From a virus (lineage: Duplodnaviria; Caudoviricetes), in IMG/VR virus record IMGVR_UViG_3300010429_002123: DNA of 64,000 bases. One strand, 5' to 3'. A program made the translations under genes and the position numbers. Below are positions 9,205 through 18,277 of the stretch, one piece after another; within the stretch, counting starts at the first letter, position 1, and every line of letters starts with the position of its first letter. The notes under the pieces are model-generated. The model made no database searches and had not been told where the DNA came from. It worked only from the letters and a program-made list of their open reading frames with translations.

Positions 9205-9347
9205 GTTTCTGAAGAAACATAGTTAGTTGGAAAGTTAATTGGAATACCCATTTCAGACAGTTTCGAGAGCACGGTTTCTGAAGAAACATGATTAGTTGGA
9301 AAGAAAAAGAAGGTCAAGGTTCTGAAGAAACATGATTAGTTGGAAAA
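9205..9347 (+). CRISPR. mini CRISPR array 2 (3 repeats, spacers 39 and 14 bp)
   Basis: Repeats at 9205, 9274, 9318 (GTTTCTGAAGAAACATGATTAGTTGGAAAG). Confidence 0.88.
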
Positions 9348-9392
9348 TAAAGAGTTAATAGAGAAATTACATAATAAAAAAGGAGAGAGTGT

Positions 9393-12053
9393 ATGAGCAG
9401 AAAAAAAGTATCCCTGGAGGAAACTCTGGCCGCTATTAACAAGAAGTTTGGAAAAGGAACTATAATGCCTGTGAGTGAAGCAAAAAGCCTGAATTACATC
9501 AGAATTCCCACAGGTATTTTTAGTTTAGACGTTGCTGTAGGGGCTGGTTATGGTCTTCCGAGGGGAAGAGTTTCTCTTATAATAGGAGAAAAGTCCACAG
9601 GGAAAACGACTATATGCATGAAGACGATTGCTACCTGGCAGAAATACTGTAGATTCTGCAATACGGAGATAAAAGACCGTATAATAGAAATAGAACCGAA
9701 GGAAGAAATAAAACCCGAAGTAAAAGAAGAGGTAAAACCTGCAGTAAAGGGAGGAAAAAACACCCCTGAACCGGTAAAAGGGAAAAAACCTCCCGAGCCA
9801 CCAAAAGGAAAGAAACCTCCCGAACCTCCGAAAGAAGAGAAAAAGAAAGTTCAAAAAATTGTCACTAAGTGTGAATGTGGTAAAAACAAACGTATGGTCT
9901 GTGTGTATCTCGACGGAGAGGGAACTTATGACCCTCTATGGGCAAGTCATCATGGCGTAGACAATACCTCAGTAATAATGTTACAGCCTGAGTTTGCGGA
10001 ACAGTGTGCTGACGTTGTAGAAGAGCTGATACGCACTGGGGATGTTGACTTAATCATCGTTGACAGTATCGCAGCCCTCGTACCTGCCTCTGAAATAGAA
10101 GCTAGTGCAGAAGACCAGCAAATGGGAACCCACGCGAAAATGGTGAATAGAATGTGCCTGGAAGGAAACCAAAGGGTAATAAACGAGCTTACTGGAGAAC
10201 TTATCCGAGTTAAAGACTTAAAGGCTGGAGTTACGCTTACTTCCGTGGGAGAAGACAATAAAATAAGAAAGAACGTGGTTACAGAAGTGTTTAAAACAGG
10301 TAGAAAAGACTGCCTGAGGATAAACAACACACTGGTTCTCACAAAAGACCACTTAGTTTTTACAGACTCTGGCTGGGTAGAGGCTGGTAAACTCACCCGT
10401 AATCATCTTATCGCAAGACCAAAAAACCTTCCAGTTTTTACCACAGGAACCTCGGACTTTTTTAATGTGGAAGCCCGTCTCCTCGGTTATGCCCTCTCTG
10501 CCGAAGGTAACCCGGAAGCCTGGAAACGCGGGGGTAAGCACGAAGTAGAAGATAAAAGAAGAGCCATAGAGTTCTTTGGAGAAAGACTTCCTCTTCTGAC
10601 CTTTGAAGACTACAGTCAAATACTTTCTTTAGACCTGGGAAAAGCTCCGCATTTGAGAAGGTATAGAGACTTGTTTATAAAACATAACCTGAGTAAAGAG
10701 ACTCTCGGGATTATTCCTAAGGCCATCTTTGGGGGAGATATAACCCAGATAAAAAACTTTATAGAAGCCATGTGGACAGGAGGAGGTCTGGTCAACCCCA
10801 CAGAAAAAACGTTGACTTACTTAACCGTTTCTGAGACCCTGGCTTATCAGTTAAGACATCTCTTATTAAGGTTTGGAGTATGGGCGTCACTCGGTGTAAG
10901 CGAGTTCTCCTCAAGGTCTTACCCCTATGGGAAAAGATACCTTCTTACCGTAGCGGGTAAACAAAATGTGAAGAGATTTTATGAAGCCTTCTCTCTCTTA
11001 GACGAGAAGCAAGACAGGTTAAAAAGAATAGTAGAAAGATGGAAAAATCAATCTGAATTACCTATTCCCGCACAGGAGCAATGCACTAAAAAAGAGGTGG
11101 AAACCTTAATAGCTCTCTTAAAGAAGAAGAAAATATCTGGAACAGATGTTTGTTGCTTCATAGGTCTTTGCCGGAATGCTTACCCGGAGCACAAGGTCTA
11201 CACCTATGAGATATTAAAAAACCTCGTAGTTAAGTTTGGTCTTCAGGAGTTAATTCCTATGCTTGAATCTGACCTCTGGTACGAGCCTATTATAAATATA
11301 GAAGAATATGGGACTGAAGAGGTCTATGACATTTCCATGAAAAATGAAGAAAACTTCCTGTGCGAAGAGTATGTGGTGCATAACTGCAGGGCTCTCAGTT
11401 CCTCTATGAACAGTCTTGGGATAGAGTGCGAGACAAAACCCCATGTAATTCTGATTAACCAGAAGAGAGACAAGCTGGGCTTTTTTGGAGGTACTACCAT
11501 ACCAGGTGGAAAAGGCCAGTGGTACACAGCAGGCATAATAGTAGACATGAGAACCCCCCATAAAATCGGAGAAAACGGAAAGTTAGACCCAAAACAAGAC
11601 AGCAGTGACTATTACAAGACCGTAGAAACAGTAGGCTCCCTTCATAACTTTGAGGTTGTGAAAAACAAGACTTATATCCCTTTTAAACGTGGGTCTTTCC
11701 GCATCTACGGCCAGACTTGTAATAATGAAAGCCTTTCTGTCAGAAAGGGAGAAATAAACACGGAAGAACAAATATTACGTGTAGGTTTAAATACTGGAGC
11801 TATTTTGCTGAGAGGAACCTCCTATGTATTTCAAGACGTTATCTTTGGGATAGGAAAAGAGAAGGCTCTACAGGCGTTAAAAAGTAACCCGGAGTTACAG
11901 GAGAAAATAAAGGTTGTTATTCTGGAAAATATAAAAAGTGAGCTGGCTTCAAGCAGGGATTTATTTGAGGCTAACCAGGACATGCCCGACGGAATAGACT
12001 CCCTGTCTTTTGAACTTATGTCTGAAGAGCCCACAGAAGACAGTGGAGAGTGA
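9393..12053 (+). CDS. recA: RecA recombinase with intein and Zn/Pro-rich insertion
   Basis: INKKFGKGTI, IPTGIFSLDVAVG, GEKSTGKTT (Walker A), LIIVDSIAAL, INQKRDK, TIPGGKG. Confidence 0.93.
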   Translation: MSRKKVSLEETLAAINKKFGKGTIMPVSEAKSLNYIRIPTGIFSLDVAVGAGYGLPRGRVSLIIGEKSTGKTTICMKTIATWQKYCRFCNTEIKDRIIEIEPKEEIKPEVKEEVKPAVKGGKNTPEPVKGKKPPEPPKGKKPPEPPKEEKKKVQKIVTKCECGKNKRMVCVYLDGEGTYDPLWASHHGVDNTSVIMLQPEFAEQCADVVEELIRTGDVDLIIVDSIAALVPASEIEASAEDQQMGTHAKMVNRMCLEGNQRVINELTGELIRVKDLKAGVTLTSVGEDNKIRKNVVTEVFKTGRKDCLRINNTLVLTKDHLVFTDSGWVEAGKLTRNHLIARPKNLPVFTTGTSDFFNVEARLLGYALSAEGNPEAWKRGGKHEVEDKRRAIEFFGERLPLLTFEDYSQILSLDLGKAPHLRRYRDLFIKHNLSKETLGIIPKAIFGGDITQIKNFIEAMWTGGGLVNPTEKTLTYLTVSETLAYQLRHLLLRFGVWASLGVSEFSSRSYPYGKRYLLTVAGKQNVKRFYEAFSLLDEKQDRLKRIVERWKNQSELPIPAQEQCTKKEVETLIALLKKKKISGTDVCCFIGLCRNAYPEHKVYTYEILKNLVVKFGLQELIPMLESDLWYEPIINIEEYGTEEVYDISMKNEENFLCEEYVVHNCRALSSSMNSLGIECETKPHVILINQKRDKLGFFGGTTIPGGKGQWYTAGIIVDMRTPHKIGENGKLDPKQDSSDYYKTVETVGSLHNFEVVKNKTYIPFKRGSFRIYGQTCNNESLSVRKGEINTEEQILRVGLNTGAILLRGTSYVFQDVIFGIGKEKALQALKSNPELQEKIKVVILENIKSELASSRDLFEANQDMPDGIDSLSFELMSEEPTEDSGE
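10155..11384 (+). mobile_element. intein in RecA (410 aa, degenerate LAGLIDADG-type endonuclease)
   Basis: CLEGNQRV...LTKDHLV...YVVHN followed by Cys; exteins rejoin as VNRM/CRAL. Confidence 0.9.
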
Positions 12054-12066
12054 AGGGGGTAACTAA

Positions 12067-12543
12067 ATGGAAATAGTAAACTTTAAACGTGTGAGAATAA
12101 AAGAAGAGGGAAGAGACAAGCCTAAATACATAGGTTTTATTTGTGACTCTTACTTTATCTCATCACGAATAGTGGAAAAACATATGTACCGAGGTGGAGT
12201 AGGAACCATAGAAGAATGCAGAGAAGAAGGTTTGGCAAGCTGGGGATTAGACAGAAAAGTAGCCGAAGGTCTTGAGGTCAATGGTGTGAAAGAAATTCTT
12301 TTAGTCACAGACAAAGGCTACTTTAAAATAGGTGTAGACACTTTTCTTGACGAAAGTTTTTCAAAAACCTTTCATAACTTTCGAGAGCAGTTCTTCGCCC
12401 GAGAAAAGTTTTTCTCAAAAGCAGAGGGGGACGAGACTTCTGAACAGTTTGTAGCTCTGTTTAGACCCGAAAGAAAAGACTTGGAACTTCTCCTTGACCG
12501 TATAAAAGAGCTATCCTTCAGAGGACAGGAGGACTTGTCTTGA
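12067..12543 (+). CDS. hypothetical phage protein
   Basis: 158-aa ORF with SD, coupled to the next gene. Confidence 0.6.
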   Translation: MEIVNFKRVRIKEEGRDKPKYIGFICDSYFISSRIVEKHMYRGGVGTIEECREEGLASWGLDRKVAEGLEVNGVKEILLVTDKGYFKIGVDTFLDESFSKTFHNFREQFFAREKFFSKAEGDETSEQFVALFRPERKDLELLLDRIKELSFRGQEDLS

Positions 12544-13070
12544 AAACAGAAGGACAAAAATTGAGTAAAAAGCAGGAGAAGCAAACAGAAAAAGCTCTAA
12601 AAAAACACGGTTTTGTTAACCCTACCAGAACTCCCGGAAGTGGGAACAAATCTTTAAAGGGAGACGTCATTACAGACACACTGATGATAGAGTGTAAAAT
12701 CACGTCTAAAGAGCAGATAGGAATAAAGAGGGATTACATAACGAAACTCATAGAGGAGAGTATAGAAGCAGAAAAAGAGCCTGTTTTTGAGTTCGGCTTT
12801 TCCGGTATTAGTAATTTTGTGGACTTTACATGGATGGCTGTCCCAAAAAGCCGTATGGAAGAGCTTTTTAAAGAAGAAAAGACTACCCCCTTTGTAGTAA
12901 AGGGCAGAGGAACTAAACAGGTATCTATAAAGTATGAGGTGTTAAAAACCCTCCTTACGCAAGCACAGGAGCCATTGTTAGAGTTCACTTTTTCCGGTCT
13001 AGAACCCTGGTGGGCAGTTCCGAGAGAGCAACTATTAAAACTCTTATTCTCAGAAAGGGGGGAGCGGTAA
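12540..13070 (+). CDS. PD-(D/E)XK nuclease, Holliday junction resolvase-like
   Basis: E...TPGSG...KGDV...IECK motif. Confidence 0.7.
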   Translation: MKTEGQKLSKKQEKQTEKALKKHGFVNPTRTPGSGNKSLKGDVITDTLMIECKITSKEQIGIKRDYITKLIEESIEAEKEPVFEFGFSGISNFVDFTWMAVPKSRMEELFKEEKTTPFVVKGRGTKQVSIKYEVLKTLLTQAQEPLLEFTFSGLEPWWAVPREQLLKLLFSERGER

Positions 13071-13203
13071 GTGGAAGACCTCTATGACAACTCCCTCTCT
13101 CTGGGGGAAAAGGTTCTTTACTTCTCTCTGGGAGTAATAACCTGTTGTATATCTGTAAGTATAGTCAAACGGTTGTATAAGGTGACAAAAAAGAGGAAGA
13201 TAT

Positions 13204-13575
13204 ATGGGGCTTATCGTTAGAGAAGACCTGGTTCAGGACTTAAAAAACACAGAACAGTTATTGGACAAGACCCTTTCTTTAGCCCGAACGCTTATACATA
13301 AGTATGAACAACCGGGTATGGGGCTGGGGGAAGAACTCCCTTACGAGTTCTGGAACTTGCTCAAAGAAGTAGACTGGACAACGACGTGGTTTCTTGAACA
13401 CGCCTTTGACAAAGAGGAAACCCCTCTTTACACAGACGGCTTACTTCTTTTTGAATCCTGTTGTCTGGGACTGGAAAAACATATGAGAGATACGAAAAAA
13501 CTCTGTGGGATATTTAAGATGATGGCCACACTCTTTCGAGATAAGACCTTAACTATAACATCGACAGAAAGTTAA
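13204..13575 (+). CDS. hypothetical protein
   Basis: 123-aa ORF; C-terminal TSTES* supplied by scaffold 3. Confidence 0.55.
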   Translation: MGLIVREDLVQDLKNTEQLLDKTLSLARTLIHKYEQPGMGLGEELPYEFWNLLKEVDWTTTWFLEHAFDKEETPLYTDGLLLFESCCLGLEKHMRDTKKLCGIFKMMATLFRDKTLTITSTES

Positions 13576-13690
13576 AATAAGCGACAAATCCAGTCGCAGT
13601 CCTGAAGTTAAGTCTTTTTTAAGACTTTTTGGGACAGGGCTTAGAAAACTTTCAGTTTATAGAAAGTGAGTAATCAAGCCAAACTAACGG
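13558..13690 (+). ncRNA. conserved structured RNA scaffold fused to mini CRISPR array 3
   Basis: GCGAC-AAATCCA-GTCGC; GTCCTGAA/TTTGGGAC; AAGTCT/AGACTT (compensatory versus AACTTC/GAAGTT); ACTTTC/GAAAGT. Confidence 0.8.
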
Positions 13691-13955
13691 GTTTCTAAAG
13701 GAACATGGTTAGATGGAAAGTATGTGGAGACCGTGCACTACATCGACCGGCTTAACGTTTCTAAAGAAACATGGTTAGATGGAAAGCATGGGCAACTTAC
13801 ATTAGTAGCTTCATTGGCAACAAGGTTTCTAAAGAAACATGGTTAGATGGAAAGGTTACTATGTTTCTAAGGAAACATGGTTAGTTGGAAAGATTCGAAA
13901 TAGTCTATATCTACTTTTTTATTGTGTTTTTGAATAAACATGGTTAGTTGGAAAG
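13691..13955 (+). CRISPR. mini CRISPR array 3 (5 repeats, spacers 36, 38, 8, 33 bp)
   Basis: Repeats at 13691, 13757, 13825, 13863, 13926; terminal repeat degenerate. Confidence 0.93.
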
Positions 13956-13988
13956 TGGTTATATAAAAAGATTAAAGGAGGAAAATTT

Positions 13989-14264
13989 ATGAAAAAGATT
14001 ATGTGTGAAACTTGTAAATTACAGATGGTACCAGACCGGTCTGTATGCTACACGAGTAACCCACCACAGTATGACTATAAGTGCTTTAAGTGTGGGCAGG
14101 TAAAGTTGGTGGCTGACGACCTCCCGTTAGAGGGGGAAGCCCTCTTTAGAAAGATAAACAACTTAGATGAAGGTATCACGCAGTTAAACGAGAGAAAAAG
14201 CGTGTGGCTGTCCGAAACAATGGACGGTATGGGAACTGAAAACTCAATCTTTTTGGAGGATTAA
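13989..14264 (+). CDS. small zinc-ribbon protein
   Basis: CETC...YTSNPPQYDYKCFKC, similar to the Zn ribbon of 8549..9088. Confidence 0.55.
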   Translation: MKKIMCETCKLQMVPDRSVCYTSNPPQYDYKCFKCGQVKLVADDLPLEGEALFRKINNLDEGITQLNERKSVWLSETMDGMGTENSIFLED

Positions 14265-14266
14265 CA

Positions 14267-14917
14267 ATGCAACTGATGAATAAACTATGCAAGACATGTG
14301 GGGAAAGAATCATAGGGGTTCGCCCGCAAAACAGTAACCGCATAGATAAGAAGACAGGGAAGTTTACTGACGGAGATTATCCCATGTGGGTATGTCCTAC
14401 CCTGATGGCTCAATGTGCCTGCACGGCAAAAGGAAAGAACCCCGTTGTAGCAGATTCTTATCAGGCACTCTGCAATATAAGAGTAGCTTACGAATTTTCT
14501 GCCCGTAACAAGTCTGTTTGTATGGGCTGTTATTACCCCGAAGATGACTGGGAAATAGTCGAATACGGGAACACTCTCGAAGAACTCGCGGACAAAGTAG
14601 CGAAAAAACTGGTAGAAACAGAGATAGAGATAGAAAATCCAGAACTGTCTAAAGTGAGACTTCTGACTTATGAAGACCAGGAGTTCAAACTGGGTTGGGA
14701 ATCTTTCGCGGAAGTAGAAACGGAACCCTTCATTCAGAGCGTAAAAGAATCAGAAACTTACAAAAACCTTATAGAAGCAAAGAGAGTAGAGGCAGAAAAA
14801 GAAAAAAAGGAAAAAGAAGAGCAGGCAAAAAAAGCTCTGGAAGAACGAGAAAGAGCCGAGTATGCGAGGTTAAAAGCAACATACGAGCTCATAGAAAGAG
14901 AAAATCAGGAAGAATAA
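14267..14917 (+). CDS. hypothetical Cys-rich protein
   Basis: 216-aa ORF with GGAGG SD. Confidence 0.55.
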   Translation: MQLMNKLCKTCGERIIGVRPQNSNRIDKKTGKFTDGDYPMWVCPTLMAQCACTAKGKNPVVADSYQALCNIRVAYEFSARNKSVCMGCYYPEDDWEIVEYGNTLEELADKVAKKLVETEIEIENPELSKVRLLTYEDQEFKLGWESFAEVETEPFIQSVKESETYKNLIEAKRVEAEKEKKEKEEQAKKALEERERAEYARLKATYELIERENQEE

Positions 14918-14929
14918 AGGAGTAAACTA

Positions 14930-15535
14930 ATGATTGCGGAAACATGCGAGATAATTGTCTTAGAGGGTATAGATGGCTCCGGGAAAACTACACAGGCCAA
15001 ACGGGTAAAAAAAGAGCTGGAAACAAAAGGTTACAGAGTGCACATGATAGCATTCCCCAACGAGGGGACTGATTACGGGTTTAAGCTGAGGTCATGGTTA
15101 CAGGGGGCAAGAAAATTAAGTCCACAAGCCCTGCAGTTACTCTTTGAATTGGATAAATACGTTTCTTTAAGCAATTTTGCTCAGGAGAGCCTTTATTATG
15201 ATATTTTACTGCTTGACCGCTACTGGCTCTCCGGGGTTGTTTACGGAGTAGCAAGGGGGCTTGACCTCGAATGGTGCAGAGCTCTGGTACAATACCTACC
15301 GAAAGAGAGCATGGGTTTTTTATTTGCACTGTCATTGGAGAAAAGCACAAAAAGAGCCCAGTTTGACCGAACAAGTAAAAAGGAGTTACAGGAAAAAGTT
15401 CATGAGTTTTACGCTTCTCTTACTCCCCCGTCCTACATAAGAATAAGTGCAGAGACTGCTGAGATAGAGGAAACAAGTTCTCTAATTGTCGAAAAGATAA
15501 CAGAAAGGTTTCCTTTACAGAGAAGAGCCTTTTGA
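14930..15535 (+). CDS. tmk: thymidylate kinase
   Basis: IVLEGIDGSGKTTQ P-loop, LLDRYWLSGVVYG. Confidence 0.9.
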   Translation: MIAETCEIIVLEGIDGSGKTTQAKRVKKELETKGYRVHMIAFPNEGTDYGFKLRSWLQGARKLSPQALQLLFELDKYVSLSNFAQESLYYDILLLDRYWLSGVVYGVARGLDLEWCRALVQYLPKESMGFLFALSLEKSTKRAQFDRTSKKELQEKVHEFYASLTPPSYIRISAETAEIEETSSLIVEKITERFPLQRRAF

Positions 15536-16129
15536 GTAAGTGAGAAAGGATAGACTGATATGAGTAACAAGGAGTCAAAAAACTACACAAGCAGTGGCAG
15601 AATCCCTAAGTGCACTAAACACGACTGCTTAATGATTGTCACCAGAATAAATGTGGCATGGGCGGGTTTTGTTGACTTCAAATGCCCTCTCTGCTCTCAG
15701 GAAAAACACGTTTATATCGAATCCAATAAAGACCCTGAAAGCTACATGTTAAGGCTTTACAACAGACTTGTAAAAAGAGCAAATGCTATAAAAACCATAG
15801 CATTAGAAAGCCCTCTGTGCATCACAGAGAACTTAAATACCCAAAATGCGGAGGAATAGATAACATGCCGAAAACTCTTTCAACAAGACAAATAGAGTGT
15901 CTTATAGCCTACCATTTAGGTATTGTACCCCTTACTATACAAAAAAGATTTGAGGGGGCACAAGAAATCTGTTCAATCGAGGTAGAGGAAAGAGACTTGA
16001 ACTTCTTAGACAAAACTAAGTTAGCCTGGTTTGAAGACGAGTTTTTCAGCCCTGTAAAAATAGAATTTTTTTATCTGAGCCCTGATACCGCTCAGACTTA
16101 AGGCGAAAAAGAAAGGACCGATAAAAAAG

Positions 16130-16633
16130 ATGACGTTAGACGGCTTAGTAAAAAAGCTAGAGAGAAACACAGAAAGAACGTGTATTATCTCTGCTATCAC
16201 TGTTAAATTAAAGTTACTAGAAAACTACCCCAAAGACATTCCTCTTCCTGTGTATAGTGCGGGAAACAGCGGTTTTGACCTGAGGGCTGTAGAGCCCGCA
16301 AAAATCCTCCCTTATGACAGGCGGGTAATAAAAACGGGTCTTGCCGTTGAAATACCTACCGGTTACGAAATACAAATAAGGCCACGTTCGGGTTTGGCTT
16401 TAAAACACGGAATTACAGTTTTGAACACCCCAGGAACTGCCGACGCTTCTTACAGAGGGGAGATACAAGTAATTCTCTTTAATACTTCCCGAGAACCTTT
16501 CCTTGTAAACATAGGTGACCGAATAGCTCAGGGTGTTCTGTCTAAAGTAGAATACCCAAGTTTTGAAATAGTAGAAGAACTTTCTGAAACCAAAAGAGGT
16601 GAGGGGGGTTTTGGCTCTACGGGGCTTTCCTAA
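16130..16633 (+). CDS. dut: trimeric dUTPase
   Basis: SGFDL, RPRSGLA, NTPGTADASYRGEI, GDRIAQ, RGEGGFGSTG. Confidence 0.96.
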   Translation: MTLDGLVKKLERNTERTCIISAITVKLKLLENYPKDIPLPVYSAGNSGFDLRAVEPAKILPYDRRVIKTGLAVEIPTGYEIQIRPRSGLALKHGITVLNTPGTADASYRGEIQVILFNTSREPFLVNIGDRIAQGVLSKVEYPSFEIVEELSETKRGEGGFGSTGLS

Positions 16634-16863
16634 GACCAAGATTGTCTCACTATACCGTAAGAAAGAAGGGTGAAAAAACTATGTCTATTACAGAGATAGC
16701 CATAAAGAACCGAAATGAGGCGAAAAACTTTCTCGATAACCTCCACATTAAACACAGAGAGACTCTTGTAAAAGAGGGGGCTCTCCGGGAGAACGAGAAG
16801 TTCTGGGGGTGTGATGAGTGTGGCTGTTATCTAAGAGAATTTCGCCCCGAAGAAAAAACAGAC

Positions 16864-16917
16864 CAGTATACTCAGGATACTCAGGATACTCAGGATACTC
16901 AGTATACTCAGTATACT
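16864..16917 (+). repeat. 9-bp tandem repeat (CAG[T/G]ATACT x6) in frame in ORF 16642..16992
   Basis: Encodes QYT/QDT repeats. Confidence 0.9.
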
Positions 16918-17444
16918 GCGGAAAAACACTATATAATTATACCAGAAAACGGAACCAGATTTTTTCACGAGAAAATCGCCTGCTTTATCTGACAGGAAAG
17001 AAGGGTAAGAAATGCCAGCAGACACTCAAAGTTCGGCTACATTAAGTCTGGGTGAGGGGACAGTGAGTTTTAACGGGCGTAGCATAGGCTACATTCAGGG
17101 TGAACTCACTGTGTCTTACCCCCCGTCCCCAAAAAACCGGGTGAGACTAGACTTTACCTGCCACGTGTGTGGGAAGTCTGTAAGGTGTAAGGGAGGACGG
17201 TACGCCCACGAAGGCGAAATAGTTACAACATATTGCCCAAACTGCAAGCGAACAACTCGGGGGAGACTCACCATAGTTTATTTTATGTCCGGGTCACCTC
17301 TGGGTAAGTTAAAAAGCAGTTATTATCTTGCGAAGCTCTCACCTATCGAGGAGAACCTTTCTCAGAAAAGTTCTTGCACGATAGAAGAGATAGAAAGAAC
17401 ATGATTTTTTCTTTATAAATTAGGGTTCTACATCAGGAAAAGAG

Positions 17445-17474
17445 TTGACTCAACCCCTACCTGTATGTTACAAT
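17445..17474 (+). promoter_or_regulatory. promoter of the ssb gene
   Basis: TTGACT-18-TACAAT with extended -10. Confidence 0.7.
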
Positions 17475-17549
17475 AAACATGTGATGAAAAGTCACAAGCC
17501 TCTGAAAGAGGCGAGGGATTAGAAGTCCCACATTAAAAGAAGGAGTGAT

Positions 17550-18242
17550 ATGATTATGTCATGGTTGGATGGCAAAAGAGGTTACGACGTAGCCGAAAAA
17601 ATCGAAAAACAAAAGGAAGAACAGAAGGCCAGTTATGTGCCGAGGTTCTGGTTAAAAGAAGGTACAACAACCCAGGTTATCTTCCTTGATGACAACCCCC
17701 CGGTGTTCCCCGAACATCAGCTAAAAATCAACGGAGACTGGAAAAACTGGTTTACATGCTCAACGGTTATAGGGGAAAACTGCTCCCACTGTCAGGCCGA
17801 CGATAAACCCGCTGTTACAGGATTTTATACTATTGTTGACTGCACAAGATGGGAAGACAAGAAAAAGAATGTCCACGTCAATGAGAAGAAAATTCTCGCT
17901 GCGAAGATGACCACACTAAAGAAGCTCAAAAGAGCCAGCCAAAAAGCGAAGGCGAGGGGATTGGCAAATGGTTTGGTCGGGTGTAAGTTTGAAGTGTGCA
18001 GAACCTCACAGGAAGCTCCGAACACAGGAGATGACTGGGAATTCATCGAACAGGTACCCGAAGAGGTTTTAAGAAGCATCGTAGCTAAAGGGGATATAGA
18101 GCCTTACGATTACGACAAACTCCTTAAACCTAAATCTCTTGAGACTATGGCAGAAGCTATAGCCAAAAATGAGAAAGACCGTGTGCCCATAGGAAAAGAA
18201 GAAGCTGAGGCTGTCTTCAAAGATAATGACATAGAATTCTAA
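17550..18242 (+). CDS. single-stranded DNA-binding protein (gp32-like, Zn-binding)
   Basis: RFWLKEG..VIFLDD, H...C...CxxC, acidic C-terminus DNDIEF; near the polymerase. Confidence 0.7.
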   Translation: MIMSWLDGKRGYDVAEKIEKQKEEQKASYVPRFWLKEGTTTQVIFLDDNPPVFPEHQLKINGDWKNWFTCSTVIGENCSHCQADDKPAVTGFYTIVDCTRWEDKKKNVHVNEKKILAAKMTTLKKLKRASQKAKARGLANGLVGCKFEVCRTSQEAPNTGDDWEFIEQVPEEVLRSIVAKGDIEPYDYDKLLKPKSLETMAEAIAKNEKDRVPIGKEEAEAVFKDNDIEF

Positions 18243-18249
18243 AAGAAAA

Positions 18250-18277
18250 AGAAGCCTGGGAGTTTCCCGGGCTTCTT
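18250..18277 (+). terminator. hairpin terminator after ssb
   Basis: AGAAGCCTGGGA-GTT-TCCCGGGCTTCT. Confidence 0.6.
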
